From Callorhinchus milii (taxonomy: Eukaryota), in NCBI RefSeq assembly GCF_018977255.1, contig NW_024704742.1, forward strand, positions 117,616,001 to 117,680,000: DNA of 64,000 nt, written 5' to 3'. The position numbers and the translations under genes are program-made. This document shows positions 61,870 through 64,000 of this stretch, one piece after another. The notes below the pieces were generated by a model. The model worked only from the letters and a program-made list of their open reading frames with translations, was not told where the DNA came from and did no database searches. The first letter of the stretch is position 1; the number at the start of each line of letters is the position of its first letter.

Positions 61870-63590
61870 CCACCCAATCCCCACTCCTTAACTCCAAGCT
61901 CCGCCTCGTCGCTCCTCTACTCTCCAACACTATCAATCTCTCCCTGTCATCTGGCACCATTCCCATCCCCCTAAAAACAGCTATGATCACCCCCATCCTA
62001 AAAAAAACCCTTCCCTGGACCTATCCCTGCTTTCTAACTAACAGCTCATCTCCAACCTCCCTTTTCTTTCCAAGGTCCTTGAAAGAGTTGTTGCTTCCCA
62101 GCTCGCTCATTGGAGTCCTGTAGCTCAGTGGTTAGAGCACTTGCCTTGCAAGCGAGACACCTGGGTTCAATACCAGGCAGGGCAAAACTTGGGCAAGTTT
62201 CCTTACTCCACACGCCTAGTAATAATCCCTCCAAAACAAAACAATAATAAATTGGTCATTTTCAATCCACGACTGTTTGTGGAACACTGCTGTGTGCAAT
62301 TGGCTGCTGTGTTTCGCCCACAAATATACGGTCAATTCACTTTACAGTATATTCTGTGAAGCGCTTTGAGACGTCTAGAAGATGTGAAAAGTGCTATATC
62401 TAATGCAAGGATTATTATTATTATTATTCCTCTCCAACCACTTCATGAGCCTCTCCAATCGGGTTTCCATGCTGCTCACAGCGCGGAAACTGCTCTAGTC
62501 AAGGTGACAAACGACATCCTGTCCATCTGTGACCAGGGCTCCCTCTGCCTCCTCATCCTCCTCGACCTCTTTGCTGCTTTCGATACTGTAGATCACTCCA
62601 TCCTCCTCCACTGCCTCTCCTCTCACCTCAACCTGCAAGGTTCTGTCCCTGAATAGTTCAGGTCTTATCTCTCACACCATCTCCAATTTGTCTCCGCCGA
62701 CAGTTTCTCTTCCAGCCCCCACACAGTCTCATGCAGGGTTCCTCAGGGCTCTGACCTCGGTCCCCTTCTCTTCAACCTCTACGTGCTCCCCCTTGGTGAC
62801 ATCATCCGCAGACATGGGGTCAACTTCCACATGGATGCGGATGAAACCCAACTCTATTTCTCTGCCTCCACCCTCGATTCAGGACAACTGACGTCCTGAC
62901 AGACTGTCTGTCAGACTTCAAGTCCTGGATGAGAGCAAACTTTCTACAGCTGAATGTCAGCAAGACCAAGGCCCTTGTGATTAGCTCGCACCAGCTCCTC
63001 AGCGCCTCAGGCACTGGCAGCACCACCATCCATGGATGTATCTTCCACCTCACCAAGCCAGTCAGGAACCTGGCCATTTTGTTCGATCCTCAACTGTCCT
63101 TTCTCGCCGTGACCCGCTCTGCCTTCCCCCACCTCCGCAACATTGCCCGACTCCTCCACTGCCTCACCCCTCATGCCGCCGAAACCCTCATACGCACATT
63201 CATCACCTCAAAGCTCAACTACGGAAACTCCCTCCTTGTCGGCCTCCCCAACTCTTCCCTCCACAAGCTGCAGGTCATCCAGAACTCTGCAACTCGTGTC
63301 CTCTCACACCCCGCTCCATGATCCCATCACCCTCACCAGGCTCTGTGACCCCATCACCCCCACCCTCACCCAGCTCCACTGGCTCCCCATCCCTCAGAGG
63401 ATAGAATTAAAAATCCTCGTCCACACTTTCAAGGCCCTTCGCAGCCTCACCCCGCCTAACTCATTGACCTGCTGACCCCCTATCACCTGTCCGCTCCCTC
63501 TGTTCAGCAGGCTCCAGACTGCTCCATGTCTCCCGCCTGACCTGCCCTACCATCAGTGTCTGGCCTTCAGCCTCTATGCCCCCACCCTTT
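61870..63590 (+). mobile_element. L2 LINE RT fragment in AGGF1 intron, interrupted by a SINE and by an insertion starting at 63591
   Basis: LKTAMITPILKK..NY..ISNLPFLSKVLE..QSGFHAAHSAETALVKVTNDIL..LLDLFAAFDTVDHSILL..WMRANFLQLNVSKT. Confidence 0.93.
62112..62428 (+). mobile_element. tRNA-derived SINE, short form, inside L2
   Basis: Full head, core, tail and (TTA)n. Confidence 0.92.
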
Positions 63591-64000
63591 TGTTGAAATA
63601 TACGGGCTATCACCTCAGGATACATTGGTATATTTCAAACAGCAACTGAACGTTCCAGGAGGTTTGATAGTTAAATTGTTAAAAGTAACTTTGGTGACGG
63701 GTTGAGGTTAGCTTCTGATTACATTTCATATTTTCCTGGATAGATGTTCACTCCTCTGAGATAATGAGCAGTCGGGTCCTCGAGCAAAGATGTAAGAACA
63801 ATGGGCCACAGAAAGGAAAGGCTGCAGCCTCAGACACCTGCCGATCTCAAGGCTGAGAAATAAGCAGGTTGCGGAAGGCTGCCCAGAAGTTGTCCATATC
63901 TCCTTGCAAAGCAGGCCGTGAAGGGTGGGGGCTATCCCTGTGACAAGGGGAGGTGGAGTTAGAAACACATAAAAGAAAGATGTAACTTTGAAATAGTTGT
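63591..64000. mobile_element. Probable LTR-type insertion running off the window
   Basis: The L2 breaks abruptly at cccacccttt (it normally continues ggaactcc) and unrelated sequence begins with TGTTG; the other end is not visible. Confidence 0.45.

Noticed and set aside
16040..62428. tRNA-Ala-like sequences as genuine tRNA genes, or the recurring ~320-bp unit as a CRISPR-like array
   Set aside because: Each is the head of a dispersed SINE followed by a Deu-like core and L2 tail; no proper acceptor stem, no regular repeat-spacer periodicity, and the DNA is eukaryotic.

Overview
Eukaryotic (vertebrate) genomic DNA, AT-rich and dense in repeats. The repeat content (tRNA/Deu-domain SINEs with L2 tails, L2, CR1, SacSINE1-like elements) points to a cartilaginous fish, most likely a holocephalan such as Callorhinchus; this is an inference. 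The window holds the last two coding exons of CRHBP (+, 1041-3024), about 49 kb of intergenic DNA, and then the CpG-island promoter and first five coding exons of AGGF1 (+, coiled coil and OCRE domain, 54217-58615, gene continues past the window). This is the conserved vertebrate CRHBP-AGGF1 order. The intergenic DNA is mostly decayed L2 and CR1 LINEs and SINEs, plus a 1.09-kb solo LTR, a Penelope-like fragment with a hammerhead ribozyme fold, a hAT MITE, a Helitron-like element and an RTE-X-like LINE remnant. The most unusual signal is an intron-less, decayed reading frame of about 1.8 kb on the minus strand (7230-8998), capped by a 58-bp inverted copy of its own interior. It matches no host gene or transposon I recognise, but several co-linear motifs resemble the C-terminal part of nairovirus (Bunyavirales) L polymerase as I recall it. 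It is a candidate endogenous negative-strand RNA virus fossil that needs database confirmation. Repeat boundaries are approximate unless TSDs or termini are cited.
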